NCBI GenBank assembly: GCA_012295275.1
Contig: CM022666.1
Location: 6,510,001-6,574,000, forward strand
From: Chrysomallon squamiferum
Lineage: Eukaryota; Animalia; Mollusca
Direction of reading: 5' to 3'
DNA length: 64,000 bases
Part shown: positions 12,405 through 26,460 of the stretch, in pieces
Position numbering within the stretch: position 1 is the first letter of the stretch
How the letters are laid out: each line of letters starts with the position of its first letter
The notes under the pieces: generated by a model
Database searches by the model: none
Seen by the model: only the letters and a program-made list of their open reading frames with translations
What the model was told of the DNA's origin: nothing
Position numbers and translations under genes: made by a program

Positions 12405-13429
12405 TTTCCTATTTTTCTTTTTGCACTGTATAGTGTATTCTATACTCTTACGTAGAATAGACACTGACTAGCGCATAAAAAATGTTATTGCCTGTGTTTC
12501 TTGTATCAGCCGAGTCGCTTAGCAAAGAGCTGTTTATAAACACTGCTCGGGTAGAATTACTTTTAAAGATAATGAGTGCACTGGTGATTTTTAAAAGTTG
12601 TCCAATGAGCTGCCATTGTTATTGTGAGGTTTTTCCCCGAGCCTAAAGAATTCACCCGTGGACGACCGGGAGACATTTAAACTTAATCATGATATTCGTG
12701 TTTGTGGTTTGCACGAATGTAGGTGTATCTACACATGATTATATTTAACATACTGTCTATAAAGAATACAAATTATGCTTTATAAAATAAACGTTAAAAA
12801 CATGTCACTGAGTGGTGTACAAGTGAAAAATGAGTTGAAAAATGCTCCCATTAATTTTACTTGACATTAAAAAAAACAAAAAAATTAAAAAAACAAAATC
12901 CCCCAAAACACGGAAATACAGAAAAAGATATTTCTACTTCTTTTGAAATCAATGTGCAAGTAATTCTCGAGGAAATAAAAATAATGAAAATACTAATCAG
13001 ATATTGCCAGTGACTGAGTCAGACTGTGGTTTCACAACATTGACTCTCTTGGTATTAATAATATTAACAAAAATAACTTTTGTATCACCTACTGAACTGA
13101 GGTATCGCTGTAGTCTTTATTTAATAACAATGGCAACAGCAAACAGTAATTATTATAATAATGATGATGATAAATTTGATAGTAGCAGTAGTGGTAGTAA
13201 TAATAATACTACTAATAATGATTATATAATAACAGCAGTAGCAGTAGTATTAATGACGATGATGATAGTGATAATAAAATTATTAATAATCAGAATATTT
13301 ATGATTCTGAAATGCATCTGAAAAGAAAACCTATTAAAAACAATGCTTTAAATAGATTGTTCATTATGCATATTTTACATAAAATTTTAATTGTGTTTAT
13401 ATATGTGTGTATATACACATACATACAAA

Positions 13430-13930
13430 CACTGATTTAAGAGTTTAATTCGATCCGTTACCGAGCTCGTAATTCAATTTGCTTGTATATCAAATCAGTT
13501 TTCCGAACTGAAATTAAATTAAAAAAAACATAATCTGTTCCAGCCTCCCAAATAATTTGTAAAGTGTTTTTAAGTTTTGTAAAGTGTATTTTATCTTGGA
13601 GATCAGACAAATTGTTTTAACGTCTTTGGCTGGAGTTACAGCCTTTATCGACTCCTTCAACTTCAGTATGGTACATACCGTAAACGTACTACGCTCGTAC
13701 TGCCTTGCTAAGTCGACTACACACACACACCTCGCTCATGTTTTTATATGAGTTCAAGTTTTAATTTAATGGACATCACCCGCTTCTTGTTCTCAGCACT
13801 GTCCTTTGCATTCACTTTCTTAGGGTCCGTGGTTAGAAAAAAAAATATTTGGCAAAATACTGCACAAAACGCGAGCACAGCACAACAGAGATGCTTCCAC
13901 AGCAAGGTAACCAAGTGAAGTAAACCAAGT
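13430..13930 (-). mobile_element. Tigger/pogo fragment
   Basis: VVDLARQYERSTFTVCTILKLKESIKAVTPAK. Confidence 0.75.
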
Positions 13931-14564
13931 GCTGTTTTATATTAACAGAGACATCAGATTCTCAAGAATAGGTGTATCTACACATGTTTATATGACAGCA
14001 ATATTTAACATACTGTCTATAAAGAATACAAATTATGCAAAACAGGGAAATACAGAACAAGACATTTGTACTTCTTTTGAAGTCAATGTGTTAGTAATTC
14101 TCGAGGAAATAAAAATACTGAAAATACAACTCAGATGTTGCCAGTGTCTGAGTCAGACTTCGGTTTCACGACATAGACTCTCTTGATATTAATAATATTA
14201 ACAAAAATAACTTTTGTATCACCTACTGAACTGAGGTATCGCTGTAGTCTTTATTTAATAACAATGCAAACAGTAATAATTATAATAATGATGATGATAA
14301 ATTTAATAGTAGCAGTAGTAGTAGTAGCAGCAGCACTAATATAAATACTACTACTATTATTATATAATCATTATTAGTAATAATATTATAGCATTAATAT
14401 TAATGACGATGATGATAGTGATAATAAAATTATTAATAATCATAATATTTATGATTCTGAAATGCTTCTGAAAAGAAAACCTATTAAGAAAAAAAATGCT
14501 TTAAATACATTGTTCATTATGCAAATTTTACATAAAATTTTAACTGTGTGTGTATATATACACA

Positions 14565-14602
<38 letters not shown>

Positions 14603-14611
14603 AATATACAA

Positions 14612-15078
14612 ACACTGATTTACCAGTTTAATTCGTTCCTTTACCGAGTTCGTAATTCAATTTGCTTGTATATCAAATCAATTTTCCGAACAGAAATTAA
14701 ATTAAAAAAACATTAATCTGTTCTAGCCCCCCAAATATCACTCGAATGTTTTTTGTAATGTGTTTTTAAGTTTTGTAAAGTGTATTTATCTTGGAGATCA
14801 GACAAATTATTTTAACGTCCTTCAGCTTCACTATGGTACATATCGTAAACATACTACGCTCGTACTGCCTTGCTAAGTCGACTATATGCACACCTCGCTC
14901 ATGTTTTTATATGAGTTCAAACTTTAATTTAATGGACATCACCCGCTTCTTGTTCTCAGCACTGTCCTTTGCACTCACTTTCTTAGGGTTCATGGTTAGA
15001 AAAAAGAAATTTCCCAAAATGCTGCACAAAAACACGAGCACAACACAACAGAGATGCTTCCACAGCAAGGTAACCATG
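14612..15078 (-). mobile_element. Tigger/pogo fragment
   Basis: MNPKKVSAKDSAENKKRVMSIKLK, with an internal deletion. Confidence 0.7.
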
Positions 15079-15228
15079 TTATGTATAAAGTACACATGTA
15101 ACATTTAAATATTGTCTTTCATTTTATTCTAGGTGGTTATCTTCTTTCCTAACAGTAAGGTTATATTACATTTTTTCATAGCTTTTGTGTAGTATCTGTG
15201 TGCACGCGTTGTTTTTATGTGTATTTGT

Positions 15229-15269
<41 letters not shown>

Positions 15270-16396
15270 CTTGTTTTATTTATTATTTTATTTGATTTTT
15301 TGAAAGAATGTTATTCACGTGCGAATATCTGCATTTTCTATGTGTCTTTATCTTGGTATTATTTATTACTAATAACATTTTTCTTCTTTTGGTCATGTGT
15401 TACAGACTACGTCTAAAGGAATTAAAAGTTGTTACACGAAATGGTACCAATTCGTCCAGTCATTGCCATTTCTCTTATGAAGCATTTCTCAATCATAAAT
15501 CTTTTGATAATTAATCATTTTATTATCTCTATCATCATCATCATGGTCATTATTACTACTGCTACTAGTATTATTATATAATCATCATTATTAGTATTAT
15601 TTTTATTACTAATAGTATTTTACTAATACTGCTACATATGTGGATACCCACACCCACGCATATATCACGTTTCAGTTTAAATTACTGTGCAGTCGACACG
15701 AAGCGTGTCCAGAAAAAGAACCGACAGTAACAATGATTTTGACTGCCGTATCTGCTTTTAAGGGACCAACAGAAAATTAGGCAAAAGAAACATTACTGAC
15801 ATCAAATTTTGTAACGACTAGTTGCTTTGGTACGAGTTCTTGGCATTCCGTGGTAGAAATGAAAAATTGTATTGCCCTGGTAACGTAAAAAATGTTATTG
15901 CCTGTGTTTCTTGTATCAGCCGAGTGGCTTGGCAAACAGCTGTTTATAAACTATGCTCGGCTATAATTACTTTTAACGATAAAGATATGCACTGGTGATT
16001 TTTAAAAGTTATCCAATGAGCTGCCATTGTTACTGTCAGTTTTTCTCCGACAGAAAATCAATAATGGGTCAGGGATCACCGTTTAAGTGTTTGTGGTTTG
16101 CACGAATGTAGGTGTATCTGCACATGATTATATAACAGCAATATTTATCATACTGTCTATAAAGAATACAAATTATGCTTTATAAAATAAAAATTAAAAT
16201 CATGTCACTGACTTCTATACAAGAGAAAAATCACTTGAAAAATGCTCTCATTAATTTTACTCGATATTAACAACAAAAAACAACAACAATAAACCCCCTA
16301 AAAAACCCTAAAGAATCCAGACAAATACAGAACAAGACATTTGTACTTCTTTTGAAGTCAATGTGTAAGTAATTCTCGAGGAAATATATATATATA

Positions 16397-16970
16397 TACT
16401 GATTTATGAGTTTAATTCGTTCCGTTACCGAGCTCGTAATTCAGTTTGCTTGTATATTAAATCAATTTTCCCAACTGAAATTAAATTTAAAAAACAGCCC
16501 CCCAAATATCACCCGAATTTTTGTAATGTGTTTTTAAATAAGAAAACAAATATATTTATAAGAGACAGATATTGCATAAAAACTAAATAAAAGAGAATGT
16601 AAAGAAATAAATTGATTTTGTAAAGTGTATTTTATCTTGGAGATCAGACAAATTATTTTAACGTCTTTGGCTGGAGTTACAGCCTTTATCGACTTCTTCA
16701 GCTTCAGTATTGTACATATCGTAGAAGTACTACGCTCGTACTGCCTTGCTAAGTCGACTACACACACACCTCGCTCACGTTTCATATGAATTCAAGCTTC
16801 AGTTTCATGGATATCATCCGCTGCTTCTTCTCAGCACTGTCCTTTGCACTCACTTTCTTAGGATCCATGGTTAGAAAAAAGAAATTTGCCGAACTGCTGC
16901 ACAAAAACACGAGCACAACACAACAGAGATGCTTCCACAACAAGGTAACCACGTGATGTAAATCAAGTGC
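16397..16970 (-). mobile_element. Tigger/pogo fragment
   Basis: Same HTH as 5624-6200 at offset about 10773. Confidence 0.75.
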
Positions 16971-18064
16971 TGTTTTATATTAACAGAGACATCAGATTCT
17001 CTGAAATATTATGTTCGTATGTGTATAGAGATTTGTTTCCATAATCTATAAGATAAGTCAGGAATTTAGCTGTGTCATAACAAAACATCCAACATCAACC
17101 ATCGTCACCAATCAGACTTTCATTGTCAACCTCATAATCCAAAATTTCAATGTCAGCCTCATCGTTCAGAATTTTATTGTTCCTACAAATACTATTAATA
17201 TTAGTGCTGTTGCTACTATTATTAACTTTATCATCTTGATCTTCCATCATTATTATAATTATTACTGTTTGCTGTTGTCATTATTGTTAAATAAAACTGC
17301 AGTGATACCTCTGGTCACTAGTTCATTATTTTTCTTACTTGGATATTTACTTTAATGTGTAATTTTGCATTTGATATATTTGTTTTTTTAAATATCAAGT
17401 CAGATTAACGAGAGCATGTTTCAGCTCACTTTTCACTTGTACACCAGTCAGTAACATGATTTTAATTTTTATAAAGCAAAATTTGTATATTTTATAGACA
17501 GTATGTTAAATACTGCTGTTATATAGGTACACATACGTACGTGCACAGTCACACACACACATCACAATTAAGTTTGAACGATCATCCACTAGTCTCTCAC
17601 GTTTGATTTGCCGTCTTAATACCCCCCGCCTCCCATCCCCCCAAAAAACCATACAAAAAAACCAAACAACAATAACAATGGTAGGTCGGTGGACAAATTT
17701 TAAAAATCACCAGTCCATTCATTATCTTTACGCCTACCCGAGCAGTGTTCATAAATAGCTGTGACTCAGTCTGAGTGACTGTGAAATGTACACCTAGTGT
17801 GGTATCTTATTTCGCTACCTGATTCTGTCACTGTTACCTCTTGTCCACACGAACACCCTGAAAAACTGATACGCTTTTAAAAATCAATAAATAAAAATAA
17901 ATAGTTTTTATCTGTCAGGGAATAATCCTAAATTTGAAATTAGATAATGTAGAGGTTCTGGATTAAATATTTGATAAAATTATTTCGGATTACACTACTG
18001 AAGAGTGATTGAATAAAAACTAATAAAATACCTGGATAATTGTCAGTTGTTACGTTTATTTCTT

Positions 18065-18264
18065 NNNNNNNNNNNNNNNNNNNNNNNNNNNNNNNNNNNN
18101 NNNNNNNNNNNNNNNNNNNNNNNNNNNNNNNNNNNNNNNNNNNNNNNNNNNNNNNNNNNNNNNNNNNNNNNNNNNNNNNNNNNNNNNNNNNNNNNNNNNN
18201 NNNNNNNNNNNNNNNNNNNNNNNNNNNNNNNNNNNNNNNNNNNNNNNNNNNNNNNNNNNNNNNN
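18065..18264. other. Assembly gap (200 N)
   Basis: Run of exactly 200 N; the true size is unknown. Confidence 0.99.
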
Positions 18265-18458
18265 TATGTATGAAACTGTTTGTTAGAAAGCAAAACATAC
18301 AGTTAATTTTCATAAAACACAAAGCTTATTTATTTATTTATTATTTAAAAAGGAAGCAAACATATGTTCCAGGAAAAAAAAAAATATATATATATATATT
18401 ATTGTTTTTAGTTATTATTAGGATTATCAAAGTTTGTTTATTATGTAATTTACTTTAG

Positions 18459-18646
18459 AAATTTACGGAATGCCAAAAACCAAACTAAAAGGTTAGAAGA
18501 GGAAAACATAAAAATGGAAGAACGTCTAAGAGAACTCAAACTAGCAATGAGCAGAGAGAAAGAAGAAAGAGAGTAAGTTAAAATCTTTTATTTGTTTTTA
18601 AATTTAATTTAATTAAAAAATAATAAATATTTAATGATTTTTAATA

Positions 18647-18688
<42 letters not shown>

Positions 18689-18709
18689 TTTTAATGAAAT
18701 TCAAATTTA

Positions 18710-18745
<36 letters not shown>

Positions 18746-21700
18746 TAAAATTTTAAATCCAGAACTCACAAAAAAATAGTTAAAAATTGTCAATTAATTC
18801 CTTAGAAAACTGCACAATTATTATTGTCATAATTTTGAATTATATAAATACAGTTTAAAATGTAACATTTAAAGATATCTGTATTGATACCGTTTTACCA
18901 CATTTTATAAAACTTTTTTTTTTTCGAACACAATAAATAACTTTATTATCATAAATTGTATTTTATATAAAAATTTAGATTTTGAGGTAGATATTTAAAT
19001 ATTTTACAGGAAGAAAGGTGGAGGCTTCTGGTCTAAGGGGCAAACTGGTGTACTAAGCAACTATGCTGGGGAAGTTTTGGAAAAGTCAAAGTCCAGAGTA
19101 TGATTTTATGACTGAGTCTTCTGTTTTGCTTTGAATATATAATTAAAAACATGAAAGTCTCTGCTTTGTTTCTCTAGCTGTTTCTTTCCTAAATACTGAT
19201 AAAACAGTTATTTTTAATCAGAATTCAGTCAGTTTATCATCACATGGAAATAAACTTTAATCTCAGATGAAAAATAAAAGATACTGGTGTTTTTCTAGAA
19301 CTTGAAACTAAAAAGGTAACTTTAGTTATTATTTTACAACTGTGAAAGATAAATATAAATCTGTTTGAATAGTTTGAAATTTTGCTATTTTATTTGTCTG
19401 TGTATTACATTTTATAATACATATTTAATTTCAGAAGAAAGAAAAAGGTTTCAAAATTCTCAAGAATGAACCAATAGGTAAATAGATAATCTTTAATATT
19501 TTGTTTTTAATTAACTGTCACTACATTTCATTTATTTAATGTGATGCAAATTTTAACAAATAAACAACATGCTATTATAGAGTAAAATTCAGTAATTATT
19601 TTAAATTTGATATTCTTATTTGCATTCATGACCTGAATATATATATGCTATTAGAATGTTACAGAAATAAAATATTGTATGTTTAATAAAAAACAACAAC
19701 ATTGTATTAAGATATGAATTTTTGTACTGATTGTTTTCATCCGTGTATCTTTCTAAATTATTTTATTTATTTCCTCTTTTTTTTTCTTTTCTCCTTTCTA
19801 TAATAATTTATGAATATATATGTATACAGTGATTTTAAATCTCATAATAACAGAAGTGATAATTAAATATTTAAAATTTAAATGTTTTTTGTTGTTATTA
19901 GTTTTGATGTTGGTATTCTATTTTATTCTATTCTATTCTATGTATTACATTATTTTATATATTTTATTTCATTTTATTTTTTTATTTTTTTATTTTTTTA
20001 TTTTTTATTTTTTATTTTTTTATTTAATATTTTATTTGAACTGAATTTTACGTTTCATATTTATTTATTTACTTACTTGTTTATTCTAGTTCTGCCAGAA
20101 CGAAGCAGTGAGCCTGGGACATTAAAGTACATTGCTCAGAGACCACTCAATGGCAAAGAAAACAAACCAAAAGGTTTGAAGTGTGGCCAGTGCGAAGAAC
20201 GAAGTGCATCACTGGTAATTTACATTAAAACTATTTAATAAATATATATAAATAAATGTTAGTAATATATATATACTCCGTATTTAAGAATTTATCTTGC
20301 CTTGATTACTTGCTATCTCAAATTTTTATTCCACACAAAAACTGATGAACATAAGTCATAAATATTCCATTTCGTATTTTAATGCATCTTGGTATAGAGA
20401 CTGAACTTTATCATTTATGTCTACACATTTTCATGCAGTGTGAATCTTTAGATTTTGTGACTGTTGTATCCTTTGGTACTGTGCTTCCTGCAGTTACTCA
20501 TATCTTTCATTCAGTGTTCACTGAAAGTTACATTTTTAACCATTTTATGGAATATCTAGAAAGAAATTAGTGGGTTGCATTGTGGATGTAGAAACAGTAT
20601 TAAGGGGTCTGTGAAGTTAAAAATTCAGGGAATCACTTGTTAATGCATTGCTGGTTACACGCTCTGTTTATATTTGTTTCTGTTTGTCAAGACTTGAAAA
20701 GATGCGTTGTTATTAGATACATGAAAATGTTTTGTAAGATAATGAGAAAAGAAAAAAGAGTTTTCTAATAAAACATTTTATATTATTCAAAATGTTACAG
20801 TAATAATCTGACAGTAATAATAAAAAATGCCAGTCACAGAAAATCTATACCAAGACTGTTAGTTATATTTATGTATGCAGACACAAACACACAAACTCAC
20901 ACACAGTTTATACACAGACAGACACACTCACTTGCACATGTACAAGTAGGAAAAAGGAGCAATAGATAATAATTTGTTGAGATGTGTGTGTGTGTGTTAT
21001 ATTAATTATTATCTACCATATTAGTGTAAATAACAGTATATAATTGATTATTTAGTTTTTTCTGTTTTTGTCTTTTCATTTCCCTAGGCTTGTCTGCAGT
21101 GTTCAGAGCATTACTGTACCAGATGCTTTGCAGCATTTCATATCAAAGGTGCTCTGAAAAAACATCGAAGCATTCCTGTAACGGTATGCTGTTTTGTCAT
21201 ACATGTCTTTTTAAATACTAGATTAGTGAACTATTATTAACATAAAACTTAATTTCTTTTATTCTTTTTTTATCTTCGTGCATTTATTTGTTTCGAATGT
21301 AATTACATTGTTTTTAAATATAACATATATATTTCTAAACTGTATCGAGTGTTCTTACTATTAATAAAAAAACAGTGGATATATTGATTTTAAATATTAT
21401 GTCTTTTATCTCAGTTATGTCTTTTATTATCGTACAGAATCTGTAGATTGATTTTTTTTTACAATTTTTTTTTTTTAATTTACTGTGAATAAAGAGTAGA
21501 TGTATCTTCAGAATTAATTAATTCATAATTTTAGCATTAATATTTCATAATCTGAATACTTCTTTACTTATGTTTTCACTTATCTGACATAATAATTTTT
21601 GATATTTTTGGTCTTTTGCAGGCCATGGGGCCAAGACAAAGCATGTCTCCAAGACCATTGAATTCATACAGGTTAGTGTTTTTACATTATTAAGATTATA

Positions 21701-24700
21701 TTCTGGAAAGTACTCTTTATTATGTCATAATGTTGTGATATATTTGAAATGGTTAATTCATTTTAATGTGGTATGGTTTATGATCTTATAATTAGTAAGA
21801 CTGCTGTTATCATAAGATTAAATTTGTAGTCTATCAATATAGTAACAGCTGTAAGTATGCATTAACAATTATTTAATAAAATAATAAAAATATTTTATCT
21901 TATTTATACAATGATATTCAGTCCATTTTCTCTTCTTTTTTTTTATAATCATTATTATTATTTTTTAATATATTTAAAATGTAGTGATGTTTCTGATTAA
22001 AATATATTTAAATAAAACTAATTTTCAGAGAATATGATTCAGCTCGTGATGTCAGTGTGGTTGGAGCAATGTCTAGCAGTATTGATAATGAGGTATTTTT
22101 CGTATTAACAAACTAAACTTTAATTTATAAACAATAATTTCCATTGGTAGTTCTTCTGCAACAAATATGGTGAACTTTATTATCAATCTTACATTCTAAC
22201 AATATTGGTGTAGCTTTAGTAATGATGTTTGACGCATTATTTCAATGATTATTTTCATTTGATAATTGTAAACTCCAAGAGAAAGAAATACAAGTTAATG
22301 ATACAGTCACAAGAACATTTATTCATTAATAATACCCAATTATCCAACAAATTATGAATACAAAATGGTTTTTTTTTGGTTTTTTTAGGAGTCTGATCCA
22401 GATGGTCCTGAAGGAGCTAGTGGCTCCTACGATAGGCCGTCTTTGATGGCAGGCCGTTACGATGAAGCTGAGAGTGCAGCATCGTTTCAGCAGGCACTGT
22501 CGGCATGGAGAAGTGGTGAGAAGAGTCCAGGTCAGAAGATGTCTGAAAACAAAGAACTTAGTTCACGGAACTCTGCAAAAAATCCAGGTGAAAAAATGAA
22601 AACTGTTTTTGACATATTAGTAGTATTTTTTTTTCACATTGTTCTGGTGTCGATTACAAATGTCAGTCTTATTGGAAAAAATAACAAAGATGTGTTTATT
22701 TTTGTCTTAGTTTAAAGTGTTATCTGCTCTGATTTTGTAAAATGGTTAAAAATTATAGTTATTATTTTAGTTTTTTGACTTAATTAATATAGTTGGCGAA
22801 ATTAAGCATTGGGATTGTTTTGATAGTTGTGCATATTTATAAAAAAAAGAATCTTTCATTCATTTATATTTTTATTTACTGACACATATTTTTATATTTT
22901 ATATATGTGTGTGTGTATATGTATGTGTGTGTATGTATATATATATATATATATGTATGTATAAATATATATATTGTTTTTTAATCCTAATCATATTTTT
23001 ATTTTTATATATTTTTTCTAAAATGTTTAAAACAATTTATTTATTTTATTATTATTATTTTTTAACACATATTTGTTTTATACATATATATATATTCTAA
23101 TGAATGTTAACATATTTTTTTTTTTCTCTTCAGTATTTAGCACTGAAAGTTCCACAAGCACTACAGCTGTCATAGTGTCACCTGAAATTCATTTCCATAG
23201 CAAATTGACCTATGCTGAGAGATTGCTACTGAAGACACATCGAAGAACTGAAATCCCTTCTCTGGGTTCAGTGACCCCAACAAGTGGACGTCAATCTTCT
23301 TTTTCACGTAGAGATGATGATGACAATGATGGTAAATATTTAATATTCCACTTCTATAGCTATGGTTTTCTAATGGTAATAATATAATCATAGTCTCATC
23401 AGTACTGCTTGATGTTTGTTTGTGCACTAGTTGTAAGGTGTTAAATTTTGATCATGAATTTTTTTTTTATGATATGTTGGCTAAGCTTGTGTTATAAAAC
23501 TGAATGGGAAGATAAAAATTTAACATTTTTATTTTTATTTTTTTTATTCATTTATTTTTATATTTATTTTATATTTTTTATTTTATTTTATTTTATTTTA
23601 TTTTATTTTATTTTATTTTATTTTATTTTATTTTATTTTATTTTATTTTATTTCATTTCATTTCATTTTACATTACTTTACCTTACCCTACCATACCCTA
23701 CCCTACCCTGCCCTGCTCTACTGTCCAGTATTTCACCTAACCAGTTCTGGTTTTTTTTTGTTAAAATAATAACTTCTTGAAAAATATTTTGAGTAACATC
23801 TGTTTATTTGAAGTATTTTATTTACATCTTACTTAGATGATTTGGATGGAGAGCCAGTAAGTTTCACTGCCCTGTACGAGGCATCTGTCAATGTACAGTC
23901 ACCACGGCAACCAGCAAGAGTAGACTCTGACATTTCCATGATAGAACTGGACTCAAACTCCGTGAGTATTCTTAATTTGATTCTAAAAAAAATTTTGTTA
24001 TCGTAGATGTACTGTGTCTGTTAGTATATTTATAAAATATAAATATTGTTAGAATGTTCCATCATTATATCTTGTCCAGGGGAGACAATTATGATCATAA
24101 TTATTTGGTGGTTGACTCTACTGGTTTCCCTTCAGAGTGAGTGTCAAAGTATCCATGTTGCTGACTGTTCTTTTTTTTCTTTTTTTTTTCTTATTTATTA
24201 ACTGAATATACAGAAAAAAATACAGGAAATACTAATTACTGTCTTAAGATGTTAGTGATTTGCAGTGAGACATACACACACACACACACTTTCAATCTTT
24301 CTTACAGCTGCCATAATATAAATATTAGTCCTTGCATTATTAATAATAACAGGAAGAAATAAAAAAACAGAAAAATCACATGTGTGGAATTTTTCAGAGA
24401 AATTTTACCATTTACGTTTCCAATTCATAATTGTAAAAATCACTTGTTACATGGAAAAATGTTGTTGTTGATATTTAAAAGAAAATAACATGAACTTCCA
24501 CAGCAGGGGCAAGATGTATTCTCAGATACTCTATACTCGTTATATTTAATATAATATCATTTGTTTTTGTTGTAGGCATACAAAGATCACCATTCCATGA
24601 AAATAATTGATCCGTATGAAGTTAAAGAAGTTGAACCATATGAAGCGTGGGAAGTGGAAAATTTGAAGTATGTATCCTCAGTTCAGAAATTACCAAAGCT

Positions 24701-26390
24701 ATTTCACTGATTTAAATAATATATTTAAAATGTGACATAAAATTGACACAAAACATTAAGTTTTCAACAATCATTTTTTGATTATTATTATTATGACACA
24801 ACCTCTTTATGACAGCTCTGTGAATTTAATAAACCTTTTATAAAGTTTTATCACATACTTGTTCTTAATACCTTAATGATCTCTAACAGAAGTTTTGGTA
24901 CCATCTTTTAATTTATTGTTATTTTATATTTTTAATTTTCAGAAATTATAATTTTGCAATATTTTTTATCCAATTAAATCGCTACACATTTTGTTCATGC
25001 ATTAACAGACCACACCAAAGCTGCTCTGTCATGGTATTTGGAAATGATTTATAGAAATGATAGATTTGCATTTCATTTCTCTTTATTTTTAGCAAAGTTT
25101 TGTCTGAAGCAACACAACAGGAAACACCACTGGCTGCCAAACCTCCCCCATCCAGAGGGTACAACAAGAAACAGTCTAGAAAATCAGCTGAACCAAAAAA
25201 TCAAACAAGCGACTCTACAGAAACCGACCATTCATCAACGAATCAAAATCACGAAAACAAAAAATACAAAACTACTTCCAGCAAACGGAACATTTCCTCC
25301 AGACAGGGAAGTGGAGATGGTGATGTGAAAATGGATTTTGTTGGTGATAACGAAGCTGAACCTGAGCTTCAGTTCAGTCAACCAAAGTCTCGTTGTGCTT
25401 CAGCTAGGTCTGTAAGGTCAAGGCCATCGTCTGCACGAGCCAAATCGTCCAAGTCACGAATGTCATCAAGACCTTCAAGCAGAGCAAAATCAAGAATTGG
25501 GTAAAGCTGAATTTTGTTTTTTCATTTGTTTGTTTGTTGTATATTTATTTGTTTCCTTTATCATTTTGTTTACCCCTATCATTCTATTAAATTTTACTTT
25601 TTTACTTATTTATTTATTTATTTTTTTATGCTCATATTTTTTATTCCTGGAGTCATTATTTATTTCCTTCCAACCTTTCTCATTTTTTAATTTATTGATA
25701 ATTATATTTTTATTTCATCATTTTGTAATTCCAAAATAAATATACAACATTTTTATTAACATAATACTTACTATCATTATTATTATTTTTTAGCACGTTT
25801 TTTTATGGGTCATATTGCTATCACTCTATTACAGTATTATAATAAAAATCTTGTCTTCCACATAATACTTACTTATATATCTATATTTAATCAATATTAT
25901 CTTACTACATATCTTATTCAGCTGTGTGCATATACAATGGTATGATTAAAAATTAATGGTAAGGAACACTCCTGACCTTTGAAGGAATTAATATTTGTCT
26001 TCTTTTTGTCAACAGAGAAGGAGTTTTAACAAAAGGACCAAATGAATTGTTAAGAGAAGTAGCCAGTCGTTTAAGTCATACTGAAACAAATGCGTACAAA
26101 TCTCCGATGGAGAATTTTTTCACAATGGGAGTGGAGAAGGAATTCCAGGAAAGAACAATGACTCCGTCCAAGAACAAGAAAGCCAAAGAAGATTCCTTTA
26201 AAGTTAGCAACAGACGTAAGTATTTCTTGTCATTTATTCAGAAAACACTGCCTGTGATGCACAGAGCATCAGGTTAGTTATCATGTTGTTGTTTTTTTTA
26301 GTCCAGAAAATTCTGTGTTGTTAATTTATCAGTTACATGTTCCTGTTTGTTTATAAAGATTTCTTATTCTTATTTATTACAGGAGTGGAA

Positions 26391-26460
<70 letters not shown>

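Larger units (their letters stand above)
4400..18064. repeat. Direct repeat flanking gene B (about 4400-7370 and 15190-18064); 5400-12470 also matches 47020-54370
   Basis: Offsets about 10773 (5761/16534) and about 41896 (10492/52388, 11260/53156). Confidence 0.88.

Noticed and set aside
17940-18322. ORFs containing X runs
   Set aside because: They span the N gap.
23448-23780. Hydrophobic F/I/L/Y-rich ORFs here and at 19820, 26337, 30579, 34217
   Set aside because: Translations of (TTTTA)n and (ATT)n microsatellites in non-coding DNA.
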